This document shows positions 50,082-58,890 of a stretch of DNA of 64,000 nucleotides, in pieces. Position 1 is the first letter of the stretch. Every line of letters begins with the position of its first letter. A program made the translations under genes and the position numbers. A model generated the notes under the pieces. The model saw nothing but the letters and a program-made list of their open reading frames with translations, did not search any database and had not been told where the DNA came from. Source of the stretch: Bacilli bacterium (GTDB taxonomy: Bacteria; Bacillota_I; Bacilli_A; RFN20; CAG-826); NCBI GenBank assembly GCA_024407995.1, contig JAKSVL010000001.1, positions 13,467 through 77,466 on the forward strand. The letters are read 5' to 3'.

Positions 50082-51322
50082 TTCTTATGTCCTCCTATAT
50101 ATTCATTTCTCTCTTTTATCGTACTCTCTTCCAATAAAGATGACGCTCTTAAAACAGAATTGTTGCCATATTTTTTGTGTAGCTTATCAACTGCTTTTTG
50201 CAAATTATGACGATTATTTTGTTTTCCTTCATCTTCAAACAAACTTAATTGTTGGTGTGATGCTGGAACAAGACCACCATAATATATGCCGATATTTCTA
50301 ATTGGTGAATCGTTAACGTAGCGATGATAGATTTCAATAATTGCTTCAAATATGGTCTTGCTATCATCGGTAGCGGATAACAATGTTGCCCTTCTAGCGA
50401 AACCGCCTAAATTCTTTGAATAACCAACGTAAATCGATACCATATTGCACATTTTTTCTTCGTTTCTCATTCTTGATGTTAACGTATCAATCATTTCTCT
50501 AATGATAGTGATGGCCTCGTCCTTTTGATAATCTCTAAATAATACCTGCCCTAAGGTTAGACTTCTTTCTTTTGGCTCATATTTTTCATGTATATCTGCA
50601 TCGTCAATACCATTGGCGTGTCTATATAACTGTTCGCCCATTACTCCAAACTTACTTTTTAAATAATCTAAATTCGATGTGGCAATATCTTTTACTGTAA
50701 AAATATTCAATGCGTTAAGCTTGGCTTCCGTTCTACTTCCGATACTCCACACTTTATGAAGAGGAGTAATTGGCCAAAGTTTTTCTTTAATCTCATTGCT
50801 ATATAATTTAGCGATGCCGTTTTTTGCGCCCTTGGCATAGATATCCAACGCTACTTTCGCTAAGAAGAAATTATCTCCAATACCCGCGGTCGCCTGTAAG
50901 CCTGTTTCCTCTTTAATTTGATTAATAATAGTACTGACCATTTGTAGTGGTGTTTTATTGTAATAAGAAAGATAACTTGTTAAGTCAATAAAAGCTTCAT
51001 CAATTGAATAAACGTGAACGTCTTCTTCGGCGACAAAATGATACAATACACCAATCACATCTGCGCTCTTTTCGAGATATCTTTCCATTCTTGGCACCGC
51101 ATAAATATACTTAAATTTTCTAGGCAATTCTTTAATGCGACATCTTGAAGGAATACCTTGTTTCTTTAAATATGGTGATACACTTAAAACAATCGTGTTT
51201 GTGCCTCTTTCTTTGTCTGCCACAACAAGTGGTGTTTTCCAAGGATCTAATCCCCGATCAAGACATTCAACATACGAGTAAAAAGCTTTTAAGTCGATGA
51301 CTGCAATTGTTCTTTTTGCCAT
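50078..51322 (-). CDS. Y-family translesion DNA polymerase (UvrX/YqjW/DinB-like)
   Basis: IAVIDLKAFYSYVECLDRGLDPWKTPLVVAD...IDEAFIDLT carries the catalytic DxD/E motifs of UmuC/DinB. 414 aa. Confidence 0.85.
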   Translation of the reverse strand: MAKRTIAVIDLKAFYSYVECLDRGLDPWKTPLVVADKERGTNTIVLSVSPYLKKQGIPSRCRIKELPRKFKYIYAVPRMERYLEKSADVIGVLYHFVAEEDVHVYSIDEAFIDLTSYLSYYNKTPLQMVSTIINQIKEETGLQATAGIGDNFFLAKVALDIYAKGAKNGIAKLYSNEIKEKLWPITPLHKVWSIGSRTEAKLNALNIFTVKDIATSNLDYLKSKFGVMGEQLYRHANGIDDADIHEKYEPKERSLTLGQVLFRDYQKDEAITIIREMIDTLTSRMRNEEKMCNMVSIYVGYSKNLGGFARRATLLSATDDSKTIFEAIIEIYHRYVNDSPIRNIGIYYGGLVPASHQQLSLFEDEGKQNNRHNLQKAVDKLHKKYGNNSVLRASSLLEESTIKERNEYIGGHKK

Positions 51323-51472
51323 ATTTGGTGAGTGTATTATACATAAGAAAAAAATAACTTTTCAGTCTTGACTTCATTTTTTTATTTTTTCGCTATACCT
51401 AACAAAAAATATTTGTTATATTATTCTCCACTCATTCAAATTGTTGGATAATTGTAGTGGAGGTATATCCTT

Positions 51473-52702
51473 ATGTTCGAACCGATTATTATTGTCATTT
51501 CTAGTCTCATTTTAATTGCCGTTATTGTTGCGATTATTTTAATTATTAAAAAATCAAACAACAAAGTTGAAATGCCACAACTAGATTTGAAAGAAATTGG
51601 TGCTCTGCAACAGCAATTAAACACATTAACTGATCAAATGAAGATGAATATCAAATTATCAGTCAGTGAAGAAATGAATAAGATATTAGAACAAAGTGGC
51701 AAAAATAGTGAGGCTAATAACGAAAAACTAGAAAGATTCCAAAAGAATATTACTGAATCATTAGCCAATAGATTCGATGCTTTGAATAAACAAATTAACG
51801 ATAAGTTGCTTGAAATCAACAAAAAAGTTGATGATAAATTAGCGGAAGGCTTTAAAGGTACCGCTGAAACAATGGCCCAGGTCAGAGAAAGATTACAGGC
51901 TATTGATACTGCCCAAAAGAACATCGAAAAGTTATCAGGCGATGTTGTTTCATTACGCACAGTTTTAGAAGGAAATCAAAGCCGTGGACAATATGGTGAA
52001 TATCAATTATCCATGGTCTTACATAATGTTTTTGGTGATACAACTGGTTGCTATGAAGAGCAATTCACCATGAAGAAAGTTAAAGATGGTGATGATGTGC
52101 GTGCAGATGCAGTGGTGTTCATGCCAGAACCAAATAAAATGATTTGTATTGACTCTAAATTCCCATTCCAAGACTATCAAAGAATTTTTGAAACAGATTC
52201 GCCAGAAGAAAAAGATAGATTAACCAAAGAATTTGGTAATGCTGTTAAAAAGCATATTACTGTTATCAAAGATAAATATATCGTTGAAGGCAAAACCGCT
52301 CCGGAAGCGTTAATGTTTATTCCGAATGATGGTGTCTTTGCCTTTGTCCATCAAAATTTAGAAGATGTCGTGGAATATGCTAGAAGCAAAAAAGTCATTT
52401 TAACAAGTCCATCTACATTGCCTGCTATTTTGGTAACCATTAATATGGTGAGAATTGAAGTGGAAAGAAGCAAAAATGCTGAAGAAATTAACAAACATCT
52501 ACAACGTTTAGCGAAAGATTTTGAAATGTTTGGCCGTGAATGGGATTCCTTCTCAACTGCTCTTGAAAGAACAACCAGACAAAGAGAAAATCTTGACCAT
52601 CGTGTTGGTAAGATTACAAATAAATTCCAAGCTATCAATACCAATAACAATTTAGATGACGAACCAAAACAAATCTTAGGAGACAACAGTGAAGAATTAT
52701 AA
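51473..52702 (+). CDS. rmuC: DNA recombination protein RmuC
   Basis: N-terminal TM helix, long coiled-coil, and a C-terminal RmuC nuclease-like domain (FMPEPNKMICIDSKFPFQDYQ). Confidence 0.8.
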   Translation: MFEPIIIVISSLILIAVIVAIILIIKKSNNKVEMPQLDLKEIGALQQQLNTLTDQMKMNIKLSVSEEMNKILEQSGKNSEANNEKLERFQKNITESLANRFDALNKQINDKLLEINKKVDDKLAEGFKGTAETMAQVRERLQAIDTAQKNIEKLSGDVVSLRTVLEGNQSRGQYGEYQLSMVLHNVFGDTTGCYEEQFTMKKVKDGDDVRADAVVFMPEPNKMICIDSKFPFQDYQRIFETDSPEEKDRLTKEFGNAVKKHITVIKDKYIVEGKTAPEALMFIPNDGVFAFVHQNLEDVVEYARSKKVILTSPSTLPAILVTINMVRIEVERSKNAEEINKHLQRLAKDFEMFGREWDSFSTALERTTRQRENLDHRVGKITNKFQAINTNNNLDDEPKQILGDNSEEL

Positions 52703-53795
52703 TCAACATAACTTAGTTACTTTTTCCAATAGTATTCTTAAACACTTCGGCGTAGTTCCTTTTCATCAAACCGAAGAAGCGATTGATAAGGTTTTAAGAG
52801 GCCATAAAAAGGTCGCTCTTGTTCTTTTCGATGGCATGGGACGCAATATTACTAGAAAACATTTAGATGAGAATTCATTTATTAGAAAAAATTATTTATG
52901 CACAGTGAATTCTACTTTCCCACCAACCACAACAGCCGCAACAACAGGCTTTTTAACTGGTAAATATCCAATTGAAACAGGTTGGATGTCTTGGGCACAA
53001 TATTTTGATAAATACCAAAAGAACATCATTTTATTCAAAAATACAGACTATAATACCGAAGAAAAAGTGGAACCTGCTGGCATTGCAACCACTGAACTTC
53101 CTATTAAGACAATTCTTGAACTAATAGACGAAAATAATCCAGATGTGCATGCTTTCAGTGTGAGAAGGTTCCCTGTTGATAGCGATGGCCCTAAAACATT
53201 AAAGACTTTTGAAAAGAGAATGAACCAATCTCTTAGCAAACTTGACAAAGGCGTTATTTATTTCTATTTTGATTCTCCAGATCGTGAAATGCATCAATAT
53301 GGTATTAATAACACTAGAGTCCATCAATATGTGAACAGAATTAATGACATGATGGAAAGGGTTTGCGAGCAAAATAAAGACACCTTATTCCTTTTATTAG
53401 CGGACCATGGTCATATTAATGTGAAATACTTTGACATTTGTGAACATGATGACTTCTACAGTTTGCTTAGATTACCTTTGTCTTTTGAAAAAAGAACACC
53501 AACTTTCTTCATTAAAGATGGAAAAGAAGAAGAATTTAAAAAGTTATTCAATAAGTACTATGGTAAATACTTCATTTTATTGAGCAAAAAAGAAGCTTTA
53601 GATTCCCAAATATTCGGTGAAGGAAAGAGTAGCGCGAAAATTGAAGCATTTATTGGCGATTTCATTGCGACAAGCACTAGTGAATACTGTATGTATGCTT
53701 CTAAAGAGATGAAAGACATGATGTTTTTCAAAGGGCATCATGCTGGTAATACTCAAGATGAAATGCTAATTGATGTTTCTGCGTATAACGTTTAA
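52689..53795 (+). CDS. Alkaline-phosphatase-superfamily protein (type I phosphodiesterase/nucleotide pyrophosphatase-like)
   Basis: VLFDGMG and the metal-ligand Thr block [19 protein letters not shown] start 52689 with AGGAG RBS, overlapping the rmuC stop by 14 nt. Confidence 0.6.
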   Translation: MKNYNQHNLVTFSNSILKHFGVVPFHQTEEAIDKVLRGHKKVALVLFDGMGRNITRKHLDENSFIRKNYLCTVNSTFPPTTTAATTGFLTGKYPIETGWMSWAQYFDKYQKNIILFKNTDYNTEEKVEPAGIATTELPIKTILELIDENNPDVHAFSVRRFPVDSDGPKTLKTFEKRMNQSLSKLDKGVIYFYFDSPDREMHQYGINNTRVHQYVNRINDMMERVCEQNKDTLFLLLADHGHINVKYFDICEHDDFYSLLRLPLSFEKRTPTFFIKDGKEEEFKKLFNKYYGKYFILLSKKEALDSQIFGEGKSSAKIEAFIGDFIATSTSEYCMYASKEMKDMMFFKGHHAGNTQDEMLIDVSAYNV

Positions 53796-53824
53796 TTGAT
53801 TTTTTACAAAAATAAAATTATTAT
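53796..53824 (+). promoter_or_regulatory. sigma-A-type promoter for the tRNA-Ala gene: TTGATT, 17 nt, TATTAT
   Basis: Seen directly. The -10 ends 13 nt before the tRNA 5' end. Confidence 0.45.
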
Positions 53825-53837
53825 ATGTTAGCGCTGT

Positions 53838-53913
53838 GGGTCCATAGCTCAGTTGGGAGAGCGCCTCGTTCGCAACGAGGAGGTCGGGGGTCCGAATCCC
53901 CTTGGATCCACCA
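53838..53913 (+). tRNA. tRNA-Ala (anticodon CGC) with encoded CCA
   Basis: 76-nt cloverleaf. Acceptor GGGTCCA/TGGATCC has the G3:U70 alanine identity pair, and the anticodon loop is TTCGCAA. Confidence 0.85.
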
Positions 53914-53925
53914 ATATAAAAGCAT

Positions 53926-53956
53926 CCCCTCTCTATTTTGAAAGGGGTTTTTGTTT
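53926..53956. terminator. Rho-independent terminator after the tRNA, possibly bidirectional for the convergent 153-aa gene
   Basis: CCCCT-ctctattttgaa-AGGGG followed by TTTTTGTTTG. Confidence 0.5.
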
Positions 53957-53974
53957 GTTAAAAAATCATACGGA

Positions 53975-54436
53975 TTAAAGAGAAGCAATAATTTCCTTTA
54001 GTTTACTTTTGATGTAGAGATATCTCTGGTATTTCTCTTCTTTCTCAAAATGTGCTGCACGTGATTGAGGATATTCTGTTGTGTATTCTAATTTTTGACT
54101 ACCAAACTGTTCGCTTGTTAAATCAAACCATTGATCATTTATGATATTGAAACAATGGAAATTCCCATCATCTAGTTTAACGCCGTACACCTCTCCACCA
54201 AAAATGTCTTGAACCAAGAAAGAAGTTATTGAACATTGACCTAATGTTATATTTTCTTTTGACCAATCTTTTCTCATTCTAGGCGCACAGGAATACTCGC
54301 ACCAAATATCTAACATTAGCTCATAAAGATGCCTTTGATCTTTAATGGCTTTAAATTCTTCATTGATGGGCGTTACTGATTTGGTATTTGAACCATAAAA
54401 GCTATATTTCATGATCTTATTATACCTGCAAATCAT
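53975..54436 (-). CDS. Hypothetical protein (about 145-153 aa, no recognisable family)
   Basis: Clean ORF with typical codon usage. The more likely start is MKYSFYG at 54412, which has an AGGT SD-like sequence. Confidence 0.5.
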   Translation of the reverse strand: MICRYNKIMKYSFYGSNTKSVTPINEEFKAIKDQRHLYELMLDIWCEYSCAPRMRKDWSKENITLGQCSITSFLVQDIFGGEVYGVKLDDGNFHCFNIINDQWFDLTSEQFGSQKLEYTTEYPQSRAAHFEKEEKYQRYLYIKSKLKEIIASL

Positions 54437-54513
54437 TTCGCACTAATATTTTTAACATAGAATACTAGCAAATTGTTCTAGGGTTAGTTATAGTTAAATC
54501 AAAGGTACTTATT

Positions 54514-55410
54514 ATGGAAAACATAATTTTGAATAGCGTTGATGGTTATAAACTTTCTCTAGCGATTTTTACTGCCACTAATCCAAAAGCGGTTGTGCAA
54601 ATTGTACATGGCATGCAAGAGCATAAGGAAAGATATTATCAATTCGCAGAATTTTTGAAACAAAATGGCTATAGCGTTGTTGTTTCTGATTTAAGAGGAC
54701 ATGGTGAAAACGCCCCCATTCTTGGTCATATAGCAGATAAAAAGGGTGAAAAGCTTCTTCTTGAAGATCAAAAATGCATCTATGACTACATCAAAGAAAG
54801 CAATAAAGATTTACCAATATACTTGTTTGGTCATTCAATGGGCTCAATTATTAGTCGTGTTATTTTACAAAATAGATCAAAAGATTATGACAAAGTAATT
54901 TTATCTGGCTATGTTTGTCCAAATCCCGCTAGTGGAGTGGCGGTTTTCCTCGGAAATGTATGGAGAACATTCACTGGTAAGAAGAGAACATCTAAGTTTT
55001 TAGCGTCTCTTGCCCTTGGATCATATGCAAAAGCGGTTAAAAATAGTAAAACAGTTTTAGATTGGTTGAGTTATAGTGAAGAAAACATCCAAAAATATTT
55101 TGCAGATCCACTTTGTGGCTTCAAATTCACCAACGGATCATTTAGTTCGCTTTTCCATTTATTAAATCGGATGGGAAAAGCTAAAAAATACCAAAATATT
55201 AATGAAAAATTACCAATTCTTCTTGCTGGTGGTGTGGATGACCCGTGTACAGGTGGTGAAAAAGGTAGAAATAATAGCAAAAAGCTTTTAGAAAAGGTTG
55301 GACTAAATAATATTTCTGTTATTACTTATCCAGAAATGCGTCATGAAATCTTAAATGAGACAAATAATCAAATTGTTTATCAAGATATGCTAGATTTTCT
55401 TAATGAATAA
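54514..55410 (+). CDS. Alpha/beta hydrolase (lysophospholipase/monoacylglycerol-lipase-like)
   Basis: HG oxyanion region VQIVHGMQEH and the nucleophile elbow GHSMGS. Confidence 0.75.
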   Translation: MENIILNSVDGYKLSLAIFTATNPKAVVQIVHGMQEHKERYYQFAEFLKQNGYSVVVSDLRGHGENAPILGHIADKKGEKLLLEDQKCIYDYIKESNKDLPIYLFGHSMGSIISRVILQNRSKDYDKVILSGYVCPNPASGVAVFLGNVWRTFTGKKRTSKFLASLALGSYAKAVKNSKTVLDWLSYSEENIQKYFADPLCGFKFTNGSFSSLFHLLNRMGKAKKYQNINEKLPILLAGGVDDPCTGGEKGRNNSKKLLEKVGLNNISVITYPEMRHEILNETNNQIVYQDMLDFLNE

Positions 55411-55557
55411 CAAATAAATAATTAAAGGCTAAATAAAGGCCATTTACTTATGAAAGGTTCAATTCCTCAATAATTTTTCTAAATCGCCTTAAATCGCCTT
55501 TTTTGTTTAATTACCACGCATGTGAGCGCTCATACGCTGCGAGAAATAGCAAAAATT

Positions 55558-55590
55558 AAAATCGCCGCCTATATGACGACGATTTTTTAG
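55558..55590. terminator. Bidirectional rho-independent terminator
   Basis: A4-AATCGcCG-cctatatga-CGaCGATT-T6. It serves the convergent hydrolase (+) and C11-lipoprotein (-) genes. Confidence 0.5.
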
Positions 55591-55615
55591 TTACTTAAAC
55601 GAATAATTCTTCTTA

Positions 55616-58600
55616 TTAATAGAAGATGCTTCTCCAAGTTGGGAATGCCGCTTCGGAAATTGGGTAGGAAACATAGAGTGGTGCAACAACGGCAAGACCG
55701 TTGGAGTTACCAGCAGCATTACCCTTTCTAGAATATGCTACTAATGTGGTAAACGCATCCTTTGCAGCATTGATTTCATTTTGGAAGCCGCTAAATGTGG
55801 TATTGGTCGATAATTTATTGAGCATATCGAGGCCATCGATAATACCATATGATTCAAGACCTGATGTGGACCACCAACCATAATTAGAAGAACCATAATC
55901 TTTTACGCTTGAGAGCAAGTTTTTAAATGTGTTCCAATTGCTCTTTGCGGTATTTTTGATTGCAGCGGCCATCGCTTCAAATTTATCGAAATAGTCGCCC
56001 ATTTTGGATAAATCTAAGTAAGCAAGAGTTTGATCACTACCATATGAGTTAACAAATGCATCACAATTAGCTTTTAAGATATCTTTTGTATCTTTGCCGG
56101 CATAAACATCATCAACCCATTGACTATAGACCCAACCTTCACCAACTTCTGATTCTTCACTGCCAACCATATAGTTGAAGTAGTGGGAGTTGAATTCTGC
56201 CATATCTTGAACTTGCATTAAGCAGGCATCATAACCAACGAATTCAAGTCTATCTTCATCTGCTAAGCCATTAGTTTCGAAGACATTCTTGAAAGCGGCT
56301 TTTGTTTCGGAATTGGTTAAACTATTAGATGAACCAACTGTACTATCGAAACAGACGCCATCTAAAGCACCACCGTGGTTCCAGAAGACAACACCTGTTT
56401 TCTTGGCAGGATATTCTTCTAAGCCCCAGTTTAAGAAGGATTCGAATACTGATTGCTTACCCATGTTTTCTTTAGGTAATTTTTCGTCTAAAACAAGCGC
56501 TTTGTTTTCAACATGATAACGGGAAAGGGCGTTTGCATCGATGCCATATTTGTGCCAGTAAGTACTACCACCTGTTTCAATGATAATATTGACATCATCT
56601 GGTTGGTTACTAACGCTTAAGATTTCTTGGATATCAGCACTAGCTAATCCATTGTCACTTTCAAGGTCAGCGCCACAGATGTAAAGCATAATTGTCCACT
56701 TATCTAAGACGCGTTCTTTGATTTCGACATTAAATGATGATTCAAGATATGCACCTTTTGATTTTGTTTTAGCAGTAATTGTGACATTACCAACGGAAAT
56801 TCCTTTAACCACACCACCAGTAATAGTAGCGATTGATTCATCTGATGAAGACCAAATGATATCGCTAAGTGTATTTGAGTTTTCAGGAACAAAGTTAACG
56901 GATAATCTGTTTGTTTTGCCAATACCTACTTCATTATCTCCGCCTAAAGAGATACTTGTTGGATAAATTAATTCTTGTTCGGTTAATTTAAACATTTGTG
57001 GGTAAACAAGATTTTCATCTGAAACTTCTTTAACATAGGTAGATAATCTATTTTCTTCAATGTTATAAACTAAACGGCCATAGTCTTTGTTAGCGTTCAT
57101 AATCATGGAAGAATTGCTGGTCAATAAGAATGCCCATTCGGTTACGCCTTCATCCCATGCTAATTGGCCAACACCTGTTGCGCCTAATTTTCTACCATGA
57201 ATATCACTAAGTGTCCAACTAGTGCCGGATTTATTTAATTTAAAACGCCATACATTTTTATTAACGCTATCTGGTCCGCCATCGGTAAATAAGCAGAAAG
57301 ATGTATTGAAAGCACCGTTTTCATAGTCAGTAACGATAAATTCTTGTGATTCGCTACCCAAAACTACAACATCGCCATCTTTTAAGCTAGTTTTGCTTCT
57401 CACTAATGAGCCAATGACCTTTTTATCTGGGAATTCAGAGTAAGATTCAACTTTTAATGAGAATTCGTTATTTTTGGTAGCAAAAGTTAATTCAACATCG
57501 CCATCCTTCATAGTTGCGACGTATTTATTTTCGTTATTATTGATAATCCAACCAGCATTTTCTAAAACAAGAGCGTATTGGTCAGCGATTGAGTCTGTAC
57601 CAACTGTTCCCTCATCTTTTGTAATAGTGGTGAAGAAATTTGTACCATCTTGTTCCATATCAATTAAATCAGACCATGTTTCATAACCAATTGGGGAAGG
57701 AATAGTGGTGGTGATTTCTTCAGCTTGTAAGAATTCACTTAATTTTTCCGCTGGGAAGAGATTAATTCTTTCATTAACGGATACTTTCATTGAATAACTC
57801 TTACCTTGATAAGAAATAACGAGATCTTGTTCGCCAGAAAGTTCTTTATTGTAGCCATCTACTTTATAATCGGTAATTTCAACGGTAGAACCATCAGAAT
57901 ATGAAGCGGTGACAACTAAATCTAACTCTTCACCCCATTCATAAGCATCTTTGTTACTAGTTACGGTGATATTTAATAAAACTGGACCTTTAACCAATGT
58001 CTTAAATGAAGTTATTTGGCCTTGATAAGTGATAACAACATTTTGTTCACCAGGATTTTTGCTATCAAAACCACTAATTTGATAATCGGTGATAGTGACA
58101 TTTGTACCATCGGAATAGAAAGCAGTAACAGTAATATCTAACTCTTCACCCCATTCATATTCTTGTTTGTTATTAGTCACAGCAATATTAGTTAATAAAA
58201 CTGGACCTTTGACCGACGCTACAAATGAAGCTGTTTTGCCTTGATAAAAAACGACAACATTTTGTTCACCAGGATTTTTGCTATCAAAACCGCTGACTTG
58301 ATAATTAGTAATAATTTTGCTAGTGCCATCAGAATAGAAAGCAGTAACAGTAATATCTAGTTTCTCGTTCAATTCATATTCTTGCTTATTATTTACTGCA
58401 ACGATATTAGTTAATACGACTTGCACAGGTTCTTCACTTGAAATAGGAGTGTTACTAGATTCATTTCCACCGATAATACTGGAATCACCAGTGTTACCAC
58501 CAAAAATAGGGTTTGAACTGTCACCAAAATTATCAACAGAAGAAAAATCAAATGAACCGCCTTGTTCGGAAGAATTGTTTTGACTACTTGTTTGGCTTGG

Positions 58601-58690
58601 TTCATTGTTGTCGCCGCATGCGATAAGAGACACGAAAGCGCCAAATGCCACAGTACTAATTGCGATTATTTTTTGAATTTTTCTCGTCAT
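55616..58690 (-). CDS. Surface lipoprotein combining three tandem Ig-like (Big_3-like) repeats, a Big_2 domain and a C-terminal clostripain-like (peptidase C11) domain
   Basis: Lipobox LIAC-G signal peptide. Three repeats of about 79 aa (...VTAFYSDGT...GEQNVV...). Big_2 motif ATITGGVVKGISVGNVTITAKT. C11 hallmarks WTIMLYICGADLESDN, VVFWNHGGALDG (His) and FVGYDACLMQ (Cys). Confidence 0.7.
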   Translation of the reverse strand: MTRKIQKIIAISTVAFGAFVSLIACGDNNEPSQTSSQNNSSEQGGSFDFSSVDNFGDSSNPIFGGNTGDSSIIGGNESSNTPISSEEPVQVVLTNIVAVNNKQEYELNEKLDITVTAFYSDGTSKIITNYQVSGFDSKNPGEQNVVVFYQGKTASFVASVKGPVLLTNIAVTNNKQEYEWGEELDITVTAFYSDGTNVTITDYQISGFDSKNPGEQNVVITYQGQITSFKTLVKGPVLLNITVTSNKDAYEWGEELDLVVTASYSDGSTVEITDYKVDGYNKELSGEQDLVISYQGKSYSMKVSVNERINLFPAEKLSEFLQAEEITTTIPSPIGYETWSDLIDMEQDGTNFFTTITKDEGTVGTDSIADQYALVLENAGWIINNNENKYVATMKDGDVELTFATKNNEFSLKVESYSEFPDKKVIGSLVRSKTSLKDGDVVVLGSESQEFIVTDYENGAFNTSFCLFTDGGPDSVNKNVWRFKLNKSGTSWTLSDIHGRKLGATGVGQLAWDEGVTEWAFLLTSNSSMIMNANKDYGRLVYNIEENRLSTYVKEVSDENLVYPQMFKLTEQELIYPTSISLGGDNEVGIGKTNRLSVNFVPENSNTLSDIIWSSSDESIATITGGVVKGISVGNVTITAKTKSKGAYLESSFNVEIKERVLDKWTIMLYICGADLESDNGLASADIQEILSVSNQPDDVNIIIETGGSTYWHKYGIDANALSRYHVENKALVLDEKLPKENMGKQSVFESFLNWGLEEYPAKKTGVVFWNHGGALDGVCFDSTVGSSNSLTNSETKAAFKNVFETNGLADEDRLEFVGYDACLMQVQDMAEFNSHYFNYMVGSEESEVGEGWVYSQWVDDVYAGKDTKDILKANCDAFVNSYGSDQTLAYLDLSKMGDYFDKFEAMAAAIKNTAKSNWNTFKNLLSSVKDYGSSNYGWWSTSGLESYGIIDGLDMLNKLSTNTTFSGFQNEINAAKDAFTTLVAYSRKGNAAGNSNGLAVVAPLYVSYPISEAAFPTWRSIFY
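57716..58429 (-). repeat. Intragenic tandem repeat, about 3 x 237 bp, encoding the Ig-like modules of the C11 lipoprotein
   Basis: Long near-identical DNA stretches, for example ...ttttgttcaccaggatttttgctatcaaaacc... appearing twice. Confidence 0.5.
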
Positions 58691-58817
58691 AATTCTTCTC
58701 CTTTTTCGTTAGCGTTCTATAAGATTTTTCAACTAAAATATAATTTATTATAATTTTAGACCGATTATTATATATAGCAAGAAAAAAACATTTATTGATT
58801 TTTTCTTTTTGAATAAA

Positions 58818-58862
58818 TTAAAAGGGCTGTTAGCCTTTTCAGGTTTCACAGCCCTTTAATTA
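58818..58862 (-). terminator. Long-stem terminator downstream of the collagen-like lipoprotein gene (minus strand)
   Basis: AAAGGGCTGT-17 nt-ACAGCCCTTT, a perfect 10-bp stem with a U-rich tail on the minus strand. Confidence 0.45.
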
Positions 58863-58890
58863 TTTTGTGCTTTTATCTAATACTTAGATA

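Noticed and set aside
51323-51472. LexA/Cheo box (GAAC-N4-GTTC) expected upstream of the Y-family polymerase gene
   Set aside because: No match was found. The only GTTCGAAC lies inside the rmuC start (ATGTTCGAACC) and lacks the 4-nt spacer, so no SOS box is called.
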